From Thermococcus kodakarensis KOD1 (lineage in GTDB: Archaea; Methanobacteriota_B; Thermococci; Thermococcales; Thermococcaceae): a stretch of 32,000 bases of DNA. The DNA lies in contig NC_006624.1 in NCBI RefSeq assembly GCF_000009965.1, positions 630,001 through 662,000 on the forward strand, written 5' to 3'. The notes beneath the pieces were generated by a model, which made no database searches, was not told the DNA's origin, and saw nothing but the letters and a program-made list of their open reading frames with translations. Numbering within the stretch: position 1 is the first letter of the stretch; the number at the start of each line of letters is the position of its first letter. The position numbers were made by a program, and so were the translations under genes. Below, piece by piece: positions 14,605 to 23,790 of this stretch.

Positions 14605-16503
14605 TCATTTATTAAGCCACCTCTCCATCCACCCAGCTATCAGCTCAAGTCTCCTAACCCTGTGCTTTGGCTTTCCGCTCCTGCTGAGGTCGTGGTTCTC
14701 GCCCGGGAAGAGGGCAAGCTCGACGGTTTTACCGAGGTACTTCAGAGCCGTGAAGAACTGCAATGCCTCCGGAAGCCAGCAGCGGTAGTCCTCCATGCTG
14801 TGGATTATGAGGAGTGGAGTCTCAACGTTGGGTGCGTACTTTAGCGGGCTCTTCTCCCAGTAGCCTTCGGTGTTGCTCCACGGGTCGCCGCCTATCTGGT
14901 CGGGCGCGAAGAAGTATCCGATGTCGGTGGTGCCGAAAAAGCTCGTCCAGTTTGAGATGGAGCGCTGGGTCACAGCGGCCTTGAAGCGGTTTGTGTGCCC
15001 GACTATCCAGTTCGTCATGAAGCCGCCGTAGGAGCCGCCGGTAACCCCTATCCTCTCAGGGTCGATGAAGTCAAACCTCTTTACTGCCTCATCAACGACT
15101 TCCATTATGTCCTGGTAATCGCGCTCGCCGTAGTGTCCCCTTATGTCGGCGAACTCCTCGCCGTAGCCGTCGCTCCCTCTCGGGTTGGAGAATATCACCG
15201 CGAAGCCTTTAGCGGTCAAAACGTGGAACTCGTGCATGAAGGCGTAGCCGTAGGCCGTCTTCGGCCCGCCGTGTATCTCCAAAACGGCCGGATACTTCTT
15301 GCCCGGCTCAAAGTTAACCGGCTTCATAATCCACGCGTCAATCTCAACGCCGTCGCTGGCTTTGACCTTGAAGTGCTCCGGCTTCGAGAGGCTGTACTCC
15401 TTTATCCAGCCGTTGAAGTCGGTTACTTTCTTCTCCTTTCCGTCGCGGAGGACGTAGAGCTCAAGCGGCGTAACCGCGTCCTGGGCTGTGAAGGCTATGT
15501 AATCCCCTATAGCAAAGCTCTCGACGCTCCTGTCTCCACCGATGACGCGCTCGATCTTGCCGTCGAGGTTGACCCTGAATAGGTTCGCCCTCGGACCGTC
15601 GGTAGCTATGTAGTAGACCCAGCCGTCCCTAAAGACAAGCTCGGCCCTCTGGGCACCCCTAACGTCGCTGTTGAGGGAGTTATAAGCTGCCCTGTCGAGG
15701 TCTTTCGTCAGCTTTCTCATTTCTCCTGTCTCCGGGTTGTAGTGGTAGATGTGGGTGTTCGTCGGAATCCCGCGCTCGCGCGTGTTGGCCTTGAGGATGA
15801 AGGTTCCGTCGTCTAGCGGGATGAAGTCGGAGATGCTCCACTTGCCCGGCGTTAGCCTCTTTGCTTTCCTGCCCTCAAGGACGTAGAGGTCGCTAACCAT
15901 CGGCTTCCTCTCGCGGTCTTCCTGGGCGGTGAAGTAGAGCTTGCCATTGTGGAAGCGGATCTGGCCGACATCGAGGTTCTTCGGGGTGAGACGCTTCTTC
16001 TTCCCGCTCTCGACGTCAACGAGGTAAACCACGCTCCTCTTCCCATAGATCCAGCCGACACCGTTGAACCAGAAGGGAAGCTCCTTGATGATGTGGACGT
16101 CGTCCTTGGGCTTCTTCTCGACGTCTATAGGAGTAACGACAGCTATGCCCTTTCCGTCCTCTGTGAAGCGGAGGTTTTTAATTCCGTACTTGAACTTCGC
16201 TAAAAGCCTCGCCTCGCCGCCGTCGGTGGGGATGACGTAGAGCTCGGCTTCCTTGCTCTCCTTATCGCGCTTCGATGTGAAGGCAACGAGCTTGCCATCC
16301 GGCGAGAAGCGTGGGTTGGCGTCCTTCTTCCCAGAGGTGAAGGGCTCGACCCTTCTGCCGTCGTAGAGGTAGAGCCTTGAGAAGTAGTCGTCTTTCTCGA
16401 CGCTTATCTCCGTCACCTGAAAAACGAGCTTTCTCCCCAAGGCGTCTATGTTTCCCACGAGCTTGAACTTTCCGAGGTCCTTCTCGGTCAGACCTTTCAC
16501 CAT
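14605..16503 (-). CDS. S9-family serine peptidase (acylamino-acid-releasing enzyme / prolyl-oligopeptidase family)
   Basis: 632 aa with an N-terminal beta-propeller-type region and a C-terminal alpha/beta hydrolase. The nucleophile elbow is GGSYGGFM, followed by IHSMEDYRC and GENHDLSR (Asp/His of the triad). Confidence 0.9.
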   Translation of the reverse strand: MVKGLTEKDLGKFKLVGNIDALGRKLVFQVTEISVEKDDYFSRLYLYDGRRVEPFTSGKKDANPRFSPDGKLVAFTSKRDKESKEAELYVIPTDGGEARLLAKFKYGIKNLRFTEDGKGIAVVTPIDVEKKPKDDVHIIKELPFWFNGVGWIYGKRSVVYLVDVESGKKKRLTPKNLDVGQIRFHNGKLYFTAQEDRERKPMVSDLYVLEGRKAKRLTPGKWSISDFIPLDDGTFILKANTRERGIPTNTHIYHYNPETGEMRKLTKDLDRAAYNSLNSDVRGAQRAELVFRDGWVYYIATDGPRANLFRVNLDGKIERVIGGDRSVESFAIGDYIAFTAQDAVTPLELYVLRDGKEKKVTDFNGWIKEYSLSKPEHFKVKASDGVEIDAWIMKPVNFEPGKKYPAVLEIHGGPKTAYGYAFMHEFHVLTAKGFAVIFSNPRGSDGYGEEFADIRGHYGERDYQDIMEVVDEAVKRFDFIDPERIGVTGGSYGGFMTNWIVGHTNRFKAAVTQRSISNWTSFFGTTDIGYFFAPDQIGGDPWSNTEGYWEKSPLKYAPNVETPLLIIHSMEDYRCWLPEALQFFTALKYLGKTVELALFPGENHDLSRSGKPKHRVRRLELIAGWMERWLNK

Positions 16504-16577
16504 TTAGAATCACCGAATAAAGTCGGGCTTTTTCGTATAAAAGCTTAGCGTTTCGATGTTTGTTTTAATTAGGGACA

Positions 16578-17540
16578 ATGCGAAAGAGTAATAAAGATAA
16601 TTTTCAAGTTCCGTCCATGCGTCTTATACTAAAAGTTGTCTCGGTTTTGGTTGCGGTGTTGCTCATAATCTCCACGGTACAGTGGATAGCGTTCCATCGG
16701 GCTGAGGAGAGAGTGGAATCCTTGCCCTGCGACACCAGGCTTGCTCCTTACAGGGTTGAAGTCGAGTCGATGTTGCCTCCCTCTAAACTTCTAAAAAACG
16801 CAACAGGATACCGCCTAGATGATGGAAAAGTGGAGGCTATAGTTCCCGGAAGGCTTGGCTCACACAGTCCGGATTATGAGATTATTCTTTCAAGGGCTGA
16901 GAGTGACCTAAACTTTAGTGTTGCCTCCTTGAGAGATGTCTTGAAGGCAGGGAACGAAGAAATTATAGACGAAGCGTTCTATTCTCTGAAGATAGACTAC
17001 TTCAAACTGAAATTCGTGAAGGAATACAGGCAAACCAACATCACGGAGGTCAGTTTTAAGCCATCACCTCCCCTAAAATGGGTACTTCGGGCGAGAAACG
17101 TTTTTATGGCATTTTTACAAAGCTCTTACGTCCGCGCCGCAATTGCTGCGCTTCTAATAAGCACCGCGTTCTTTGGGGCGATGCTTCTTGGGATGTTTCT
17201 TATCGCAAAGCTTCCCGAAATGAACGGCACTCTAAAGTCCGCCCTTGCTCTCGCAGTCTTGGTTATCGTTTTTGTGGCAGTTTTTGGAGGGTTAATTGTC
17301 GTTTTCAAACATTTTGGTCCAGCTGATAATGATGCTATCCCAGAGATACCAAAAAATCCTTGTGAGAAGTCCTACAACCTCTATCCGAACTTAGAGGACT
17401 TCCACAGAACTGCTCTAAACCATATCTGGGAAAGCGAGAGGAATACTACCTCATGCGAAGTGCTCCAATATCTCCACACGGCTTTGAGTGAGGAAGAACT
17501 AGACACCCTCCAGAAAACCCTCAACGTTTCCTGCCCTTAG
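16578..17540 (+). CDS. Hypothetical membrane protein (ORFan; N-terminal TM plus central TM pair)
   Basis: 320 aa. TM segments are ILKVVSVLVAVLLIISTV, AAIAALLISTAFFGAMLLGMFLIA and ALALAVLVIVFVAVFGGLIVVF. It has six N-x-S/T sequons. G+C is lower than in flanking genes. The start could also be ATG 16617. Confidence 0.55.
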   Translation: MRKSNKDNFQVPSMRLILKVVSVLVAVLLIISTVQWIAFHRAEERVESLPCDTRLAPYRVEVESMLPPSKLLKNATGYRLDDGKVEAIVPGRLGSHSPDYEIILSRAESDLNFSVASLRDVLKAGNEEIIDEAFYSLKIDYFKLKFVKEYRQTNITEVSFKPSPPLKWVLRARNVFMAFLQSSYVRAAIAALLISTAFFGAMLLGMFLIAKLPEMNGTLKSALALAVLVIVFVAVFGGLIVVFKHFGPADNDAIPEIPKNPCEKSYNLYPNLEDFHRTALNHIWESERNTTSCEVLQYLHTALSEEELDTLQKTLNVSCP

Positions 17541-17588
17541 CTACCTTTTTAAATCCCCCTCATCCTTTTCTTTCGGGAGGTGGCGGCC

Positions 17589-20024
17589 GTGACCGTCAAG
17601 GTCCGCTTTGATAAGGAAGTGAGGGAGTACGCTAAAGGCGAGAAGGTTAAGGATTCGGTTCTCAAGATCACCGAGACTGCTTTAGCCCAGGCCCTTGAGA
17701 AGTTCCACAGGAGAATGATAGTCATAGAGGGAGACACGCTGAAGAAGGCCGAGCTGGCCGGTATCCTGGCTGGTGCTTCAGCGAGGGTTCTCTCCGATAT
17801 AGTTGGCGAGCTCATCGAAAAGCGCCTTAGAGATGAGAGCGAGGATAAAATCGAGGTTCTCTACGCCACGGATGCCCTCGGCGAGGAGACCTTCGGAAGG
17901 AAGCGCTACGAGGCCTTCAGGAAGCACTTCGATGTTCTGGCCGGTTCCGAGGTGAACGTTACGGCTGTTACTTTCAAGCACACGAGGGAGATACTCGGAA
18001 GAACCTACGATCTCCTTATCTTGGACATGAGCTACGACTACTCGCCCAACGACCTCGGGAGGATCATCGAGACCGTCCGCGGCGGCGGGCTGATATTCAT
18101 CCTCGCCCACCCGTTCGAGAAGTGGAAGGACATGTGGACGGGCTTCCACAAGAGCCTCGTCACGCCGCCGTACACTATAGAGGACGTCAAGAAGCGCTTC
18201 AACAGGAGGCTCATAAGGAAGTTCACCCAGCACGACGGGATATACATCATCACCGAGAGCGGAAAGGCGAAGAAGAAGCCCAAGAAGAGCAAGAGTCAGG
18301 CGAAAATAAGAGCCAGAAAAGGGGTTGAAATTCCAGAGGAGACTCTCTTCCCAAAGGAACTGTACGAGATGGCTCTCACGAGAGGACAGGTGGAGGTTCT
18401 CAAGGCCTTCGAGGAGCTTGTCGATAAGGAGGGAATGCTCGTCCTCACGGCAGATAGGGGTAGGGGTAAGAGCGTCTCTGTGGGAATAGCAGCGATAGGT
18501 CTCGCCGTTGCCCTGAAGAAGAGGACGAGGATAGTTGTTACCGCGCCCGAGCTTGAGAACGTCCAGTCCCTCTTCAGGTTCGCCAAGAGGGCTCTGGAAA
18601 AGCTCGGCTTCAAGCCCTACGTCGTCGAAGAGAAGGGCCTCATAAAGGAACTCTACGCGAGGAAGATTGGCCTGCGCTATTACCCTCCAGCGGAGGGCTA
18701 CAAGAAGAACGCTGACCTCTACATCCTCGACGAAGCAGCGGGAATCCACGTGCCCATACTTCACAAGTACCTCAACAAGCCGCGCGTTGTCTATTCCTCA
18801 ACGATCCACGGCTACGAGGGCGCTGGAAGGGGCTTCTCAGTCAAGTTCCTGAAGAAAGCCAGGGAGAAGCGCTCTTTCAAGGAGCTCCACATGGAGGAAC
18901 CGATAAGGTACGCCTACGGCGATCCAATAGAGAAGTGGCTCTTCGACGTTCTCCTGCTCGATGCAGAGCCCGTCGAGCTGACTGAGGAGGACTACGAGCT
19001 GATAAAGCGGAAGGAGGTCTATCTGGAGGAGCCGGACCTCGACGACTGGTTCGAAAACGACAGGGAAGACCTCAGGCACTTCGTTGGCATCTACATTTTG
19101 GCTCACTACCGCAACAGACCGAGCGACGTGGCCCTATTAGCTGATGCCCCTCACCACGAGGCGAGGGTTCTCCGCCTGAAGAACGGCAAGATAGTCACGG
19201 CCGTCCAGATAGCAAAGGAAGGTGGAATCCCGAAGAACGTGATAGACAAGATGGCCAAGGGCTACAAGCCGCGCGGGAACATCATCCCGGACATGATGGT
19301 CAAGCACCACTACCTCAAAGAGTTCGCCAGGCTGAAGGGTTACAGGATAGTCAGGATAGCAACTCACCCGGATGCAATGGACATGGGGCTGGGAAGCAAG
19401 GCCCTCGAACTCCTCGAGAAGGAGGCAAGGGAAAAGGGCCTCGACTGGATAGGCTCGGGGTTTGGAGCCAGCGAAGAGCTCGTCCGCTTCTGGGTCAGGA
19501 ACGGCTTCGCGGTTGTGCACCTCAGCCCGGCCAGAAACCCTGTCAGCGGTGAGTTTACTGCCATAGTCCTCAAGCCGATAAGCAAGAAGGCGAAGGAGCT
19601 CATCAAGAAGGCCAACGACGAGTTCAGAATCAGGTTTACCGAGTGGCTTGGCGACACCCACAGGGAGCTTGAGCCCGAGATAGCGCGCTGGCTCTTCGAA
19701 ACGCCCTTCGGCGAGGCGGTGGACTACCCGATTCACCTGACTGAGATACAGAAGAAGCGCCTCGATGCCTTCACAGGGAAGGTTCTCACCTATGACACTG
19801 TGGTGGACGCCGTAAAGCCGATAGTGAAGCTCTACTTCCTCGACGGCTGGATGAAGCCCTACCTCGACGAGAGACAGATAAAGCTCCTCATATACCGCGT
19901 CCTCCAGGCCCACAGCTGGGAGGAAACGGCAAAGCTCATCGACAGGACAGAGATGTTCACGATGATCGAGGTCAGGGACATCATCAGGGGCCTCTGGTAC
20001 TACTACAAGAGGCTTCTCACCTGA
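17589..20024 (+). CDS. tmcA: tRNA(Met)/RNA cytidine N4-acetyltransferase TmcA (Nat10/Kre33 homologue)
   Basis: Track ORF 17580..20024; I prefer GTG 17589 (GGAGGTG at 17576-17582, 6-nt spacer), giving MTVKVRFDKEV.... Helicase-type Walker A is ADRGRGKS. The GNAT acetyl-CoA site is RIATHPDAMDMGLGSKALELLEKEA. The ~810-aa length is typical of the family. Confidence 0.92.
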   Translation: MTVKVRFDKEVREYAKGEKVKDSVLKITETALAQALEKFHRRMIVIEGDTLKKAELAGILAGASARVLSDIVGELIEKRLRDESEDKIEVLYATDALGEETFGRKRYEAFRKHFDVLAGSEVNVTAVTFKHTREILGRTYDLLILDMSYDYSPNDLGRIIETVRGGGLIFILAHPFEKWKDMWTGFHKSLVTPPYTIEDVKKRFNRRLIRKFTQHDGIYIITESGKAKKKPKKSKSQAKIRARKGVEIPEETLFPKELYEMALTRGQVEVLKAFEELVDKEGMLVLTADRGRGKSVSVGIAAIGLAVALKKRTRIVVTAPELENVQSLFRFAKRALEKLGFKPYVVEEKGLIKELYARKIGLRYYPPAEGYKKNADLYILDEAAGIHVPILHKYLNKPRVVYSSTIHGYEGAGRGFSVKFLKKAREKRSFKELHMEEPIRYAYGDPIEKWLFDVLLLDAEPVELTEEDYELIKRKEVYLEEPDLDDWFENDREDLRHFVGIYILAHYRNRPSDVALLADAPHHEARVLRLKNGKIVTAVQIAKEGGIPKNVIDKMAKGYKPRGNIIPDMMVKHHYLKEFARLKGYRIVRIATHPDAMDMGLGSKALELLEKEAREKGLDWIGSGFGASEELVRFWVRNGFAVVHLSPARNPVSGEFTAIVLKPISKKAKELIKKANDEFRIRFTEWLGDTHRELEPEIARWLFETPFGEAVDYPIHLTEIQKKRLDAFTGKVLTYDTVVDAVKPIVKLYFLDGWMKPYLDERQIKLLIYRVLQAHSWEETAKLIDRTEMFTMIEVRDIIRGLWYYYKRLLT

Positions 20025-20093
20025 GGGTTTTAGCAATTTTTTTAACCTCTTTTAACTACTCCCGTTGGTTTGAAAATTACGGCGGTGTCAGCG

Positions 20094-20591
20094 ATGCCCA
20101 GTGGATGGGAGAAGATAGTTTCGATGACGAAGAGCGGAATGAGGATCATCGGCCAGATGAAGCGGAAGGTCTCGAGGGGAAAGAGGATAGCGCTTCTCAT
20201 AGACGGGCCGAACATCCTCAGGAAGGAGCTCGGGGTAAAGCTCGAGGACATTGCCGAGGCGCTCAGCGAAATCGGAGATATAAGGGTTGCCAAGGTTATT
20301 CTCAACCAGTACGCGCCCCAGGGGCTTATCGAGGCAGTCTCAAATCAGGGCTTCGAGCCGATCATAGTCTCCGGCGAGACAGGTGTAAAACTCGCCGTCG
20401 AGGCCATGAAGGAGATATACAACCCCCACATAGATGTCATAGCCCTCGCCACGAGAAACGCGGAGTTTTTGCCCGTCATCCTGAAGGCGAAGGAGAAAGG
20501 AAAAGAGACCGTTGTTATCGGCGTTGAACCGGGCTTTTCAGTGGCTCTTAAGCACGCCGCTGACTACACGATCATTCTCGGCGGTGAGTAG
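20094..20591 (+). CDS. NYN/LabA-like (PIN-related) domain protein, archaeal conserved family, paralogue 1
   Basis: Track ORF 20070 (TTG)..20591. ATG 20094 (GGCGGTG 6 nt upstream) is preferred, and ATG 20124 is also possible. The stretch [15 protein letters not shown]...[18 protein letters not shown]...[40 protein letters not shown] is the NYN-domain pattern. It is ~70% identical to the next gene. Confidence 0.75.
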   Translation: MPSGWEKIVSMTKSGMRIIGQMKRKVSRGKRIALLIDGPNILRKELGVKLEDIAEALSEIGDIRVAKVILNQYAPQGLIEAVSNQGFEPIIVSGETGVKLAVEAMKEIYNPHIDVIALATRNAEFLPVILKAKEKGKETVVIGVEPGFSVALKHAADYTIILGGE

Positions 20592-20593
20592 GA

Positions 20594-21094
20594 ATGAAGG
20601 AGCGGTTTTTCAAGATTCTAAAGAGGGAGAGCGAGAAAAAAGAGGAAGAGACTCCAAAGAAGACGATAGGGCTTATCATAGACGGGCCGAACATCCTCAG
20701 GAAGGAGTTTGGGATAAAGCTTGAGGACATCCTTGAGGCCCTCAAGAGGATAGGAAACGTGAGGGTCGCAAAGGTGATCCTGAACCAGTACGCCCCACAG
20801 GGACTTATTGAGGCCGTCGTAAACCAGGGCCTTGAACCTGTCATCGTTGCTGGAGACACCGACGTCCGCGTTGCCATAGAGGCGATGGAGCTGATCTACA
20901 ACTCCGACGTTGACGTCATAGCCCTCGCATCAAGGGACGCTGACTTTCTCCCGATAATTATTGAGGCAAAGAGGCGCGGCAAGGAGACCGTTGTTATCGG
21001 CGTTGATCCGGGCTTTTCTGTGGCCCTTCAGAACGCGGCGGACTACGTCATCAAGATGGAAGGGAGAAAGACCCCTGAAAACAAAGAAGGGTAG
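20594..21094 (+). CDS. NYN/LabA-like (PIN-related) domain protein, paralogue 2
   Basis: 166 aa, starting 2 nt after the stop of paralogue 1. The stretch [14 protein letters not shown]...[18 protein letters not shown]...[40 protein letters not shown] matches paralogue 1. Confidence 0.8.
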   Translation: MKERFFKILKRESEKKEEETPKKTIGLIIDGPNILRKEFGIKLEDILEALKRIGNVRVAKVILNQYAPQGLIEAVVNQGLEPVIVAGDTDVRVAIEAMELIYNSDVDVIALASRDADFLPIIIEAKRRGKETVVIGVDPGFSVALQNAADYVIKMEGRKTPENKEG

Positions 21095-21213
21095 GTTAAT
21101 GGTCTTTTTGCCGCAAGTTCCCAAATCTGCCCACAAACTTTTTTAAACGCTTCTATTATCGAGTTATTGAAGATAACAACTTGTTAATCCCTGGGGGTGA
21201 GAAAGTGGGGAAG

Positions 21214-22347
21214 ATGGGTGAGTTGTTCGTGCTCGGGGTGATCCTGGCGTCCCTCTTCGCGTCTTCCTCGCCGGTTTCAGCCGAGGAGACGCTGACTGTC
21301 TACTCCTACGACAGCATCGAGCCGTGGATGAAGGAGATAATCCCCATCTTTGAGCAGAAGTATAACGTCAAAGTCCGCCTCGTGCTCTTTGGAGACGCTG
21401 GCGAAGTCCTCAGCAGGCTGATAATGGAGAAGGACAACCCGCAGGCTGACGTCGTCATCGGCATAGACAACAGCTACCTTCAGAAGGCCATAAAAGAGGG
21501 GATTCTCATCCCGTACAAGCCGGAAAACGCCAAATACATCCCCGACTGGATAATTAAGAACTTTGACCCGGAGTTCCACCTGACGCCCTACGACTACGGG
21601 GCGATAGCGATTGTGTACAAGAAGAACGAAGTCCCAAACCCGCCCAAGACTTTCGAGGAGCTCACAAAGCCCGAGTGGAAGGGCAAGCTCATAGTTGAGA
21701 ACCCGCTGACGAGCTCCACGGGAATGGCATTCCTTCTCTGGACAATTGCGGTCTACGGCGACAAGTGGCCCTACTACTGGGAAGCCCTGAGAGAAAACGA
21801 CGTCATCGTTGTCAAGGGCTGGTCTGCAGGCTGGGAGATGTGGGACAAGGGGCAGGCTCCTCTCTTCGTCAGCTACGCCACCGATCCGGCATACAGCGCG
21901 TGCAACTACAACGACACCAGCATTGGAGCTGTGTTCCTCAGCAACACTGCCTACGTGCAGATAGAGGGCGCTGGGATAGTAAATGGAACAAAGCACCTTG
22001 AACTTGCCAAGGCCTTCGTCAACTTCCTGATAAGCAAGGAGGCCCAGGAGAAGCTCCCGCTCAACCAGTGGATGTACCCAGTGAACAGCGAGGTCGAGCT
22101 TCCAGAGTGCTTCAGCTACGCCCTCGACGTGGGCAAGGCTAAGGTCGTTTCAATCCCCGCTGATGAGCTTGCTAAGAACACCGACAAGTGGCTCAAGGAG
22201 TGGAGGGCGATAATGGTCGAGGGCAAGAGCGCCTCAGAGATTTCGCCGACGAGCACCGCATCAGCCGAGAAGTCCGGCGGCATCTGCGGGCCTGCTCTAC
22301 TCGTCGGTCTCGCCATCCTTCCACTCGCGCTGAGGAGGAGAGGGTGA
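21214..22347 (+). CDS. ABC-type extracellular solute-binding protein (thiamine/Fe3+-type, TbpA/ThiB-like) with a CGP-CTERM anchor
   Basis: Track ORF 21181 (TTG)..22347; ATG 21214 or GTG 21205 (GGGGGTGA upstream) are the likely starts. The signal peptide is MGELFVLGVILASLFASSSPVSA. The stretch ETLTVYSYDSIEPWMKEIIPIFEQKYNVKV...ADVVIGIDN...YDYGAIAIVYKK resembles thiamine/iron-type binding proteins. No permease or ATPase gene is adjacent. Confidence 0.8.
   Translation: MGELFVLGVILASLFASSSPVSAEETLTVYSYDSIEPWMKEIIPIFEQKYNVKVRLVLFGDAGEVLSRLIMEKDNPQADVVIGIDNSYLQKAIKEGILIPYKPENAKYIPDWIIKNFDPEFHLTPYDYGAIAIVYKKNEVPNPPKTFEELTKPEWKGKLIVENPLTSSTGMAFLLWTIAVYGDKWPYYWEALRENDVIVVKGWSAGWEMWDKGQAPLFVSYATDPAYSACNYNDTSIGAVFLSNTAYVQIEGAGIVNGTKHLELAKAFVNFLISKEAQEKLPLNQWMYPVNSEVELPECFSYALDVGKAKVVSIPADELAKNTDKWLKEWRAIMVEGKSASEISPTSTASAEKSGGICGPALLVGLAILPLALRRRG
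22285..22344 (+). other. CGP-CTERM sorting/anchor signal
   Basis: CGPALLVGLAILPLALRRRG sits at the extreme C-terminus of the binding protein. Confidence 0.6.
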
Positions 22348-22349
22348 GC

Positions 22350-23555
22350 CTACTTTCCTCCCTTTTTCCAGACTATTTTTCCGTTTACCATTGTCAGTGC
22401 AACGTCGCTTCCCCTGGTCGAGTACACGAGCAGAGAGTAAGGGCTCTCCATCGGCTTGAACCACGGCTTTCTGGCGTCTATCAGAAGGAGGTCCGCGAGG
22501 TAGCCTTCCCTGATGAGACCGGCTTTAATCCCCAGCGCCCGCGCGCCCCCGATGGTTGCGATCTCGAAGATTTTTCTTGCTGGGATGGAATGGGCTTTTC
22601 TTTCGAGGAGGTTTGCGGAGAGACCCGAAGTCCTCATCTCGAGGAACATATCCATAATGCCGACGGGATTTGGAGAGTCGTTGCCTATGGCCACGTTCAC
22701 CCCAGCGCGAAGAACTTCTGGGAGGTTTATCGTCGTCCCTTCAAGCTTCACGTTGCTCGTTGGACAGTGGACGAGCGTTGAGCCCGCTGATGCGAGGGTT
22801 CTAATTTCTTCGTTGGTAAGATAGACGCCGTGGACTCCGATCAGACGGTCGCTTAACGCCCCAGCTTGCTTTAGATACTCCACCGGGTTTAGACTGTAGC
22901 GTTTTTTAACTTCCTTCACTTCGGTCCTGCTCTGGGCTAGGTGGACGTGAATTCTGGCGTTGGTTTCCTCCGACAGTTCGGCCATCTCCCTCATAAGCTC
23001 CAGACTGACTGTGTTGGTCGCGTGGGGAGCGAGGGTGGGCGTTACGAGTTCGCTCTTTTCCTGCCAGCGCCTGAAGAATTTGAAACCCTCCTCTGGATCG
23101 GCGTGTGGAAAATCTACCAGATCCATTACAGTCTGTCCGATAAAAGCCCTTACCCCCATCTTCTCGGCTTCCCGAGCTATTTCGTCGGCGAAGAAATAGT
23201 GGTCGTTTATCGTTGTAGAGCCGTTCATCAGGGCCTCCATGATACCAATCCTGGCCCATTCTCTGATTTCACCTGCCGTCCACTCAAGTTCCATAGGCCA
23301 GATTATCTTTTCCAGCCATTCCTCTGTTGGCATGTCCTCTCCAAGTCCTCTAAACTTCGCCATCGCCACGTGGGTGTGTGCGTTTATCAGGCCGGGGATC
23401 ACGAAGAAGCCGTCCCCGCCGTAGACCTCATCGGGGCCGAATTCCCGGACTTTCTCGGCGGGGACTACGGCGCTGATAGTATTTCCCTCTACCAGAACAG
23501 CATGGTTTTGAAGAATTCTTTCGGCGTCAATGACGTCTCCGATGAGCGCGATCAT
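22350..23555 (-). CDS. mtaD: Amidohydrolase of the MTA/SAH (5'-deoxyadenosine) deaminase family
   Basis: Track ORF 22350..23585; start moved to ATG 23555 (GGTGGGAGA ATG). The stretch VIPGLINAHTHVAMAKFRGLGEDMPTEEWLEKIIWPME...GSTTINDHY matches the MtaD/DadD pattern, with later HVHLAQS, HGV and GNDSPN metal/catalytic blocks. Confidence 0.8.
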   Translation of the reverse strand: MIALIGDVIDAERILQNHAVLVEGNTISAVVPAEKVREFGPDEVYGGDGFFVIPGLINAHTHVAMAKFRGLGEDMPTEEWLEKIIWPMELEWTAGEIREWARIGIMEALMNGSTTINDHYFFADEIAREAEKMGVRAFIGQTVMDLVDFPHADPEEGFKFFRRWQEKSELVTPTLAPHATNTVSLELMREMAELSEETNARIHVHLAQSRTEVKEVKKRYSLNPVEYLKQAGALSDRLIGVHGVYLTNEEIRTLASAGSTLVHCPTSNVKLEGTTINLPEVLRAGVNVAIGNDSPNPVGIMDMFLEMRTSGLSANLLERKAHSIPARKIFEIATIGGARALGIKAGLIREGYLADLLLIDARKPWFKPMESPYSLLVYSTRGSDVALTMVNGKIVWKKGGK

Positions 23556-23790
23556 TCTCCCACCGTTTGTATGTTTGACAGTCAAGTAATTAAGCCTTTT
23601 GCCGTTTTGACATCCAAATTTCCAAAGGATTTAAATTTGGGAGAGAAAAGCTATCCCCATGCCGCATTTGATAGAGATAAAGTCCCGGCCCGTGGCACTC
23701 TCGCTCTGGTTCAATTGACGCTATTCTTGGTAACATAGATATTAGTTAGTGTTATAAACCCGCTTTCAAAGCCTCTGGAGGTGGTTAAAG

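Noticed and set aside
17778-20036. Two long minus-strand ORFs (328 aa and 299 aa) inside tmcA
   Set aside because: These are antisense shadows of a K/E-rich gene in a GC3-biased genome. They have no SD or TATA, low-information L/E/V/R/P composition, and the + strand encodes an unmistakable TmcA.
22345-22352. Convergent stop codons of the binding-protein and amidohydrolase genes only 2 nt apart, with no terminator
   Set aside because: Tight convergent packing is common in Thermococcales genomes. It is noted as context for the orphan binding protein but is not a feature by itself.
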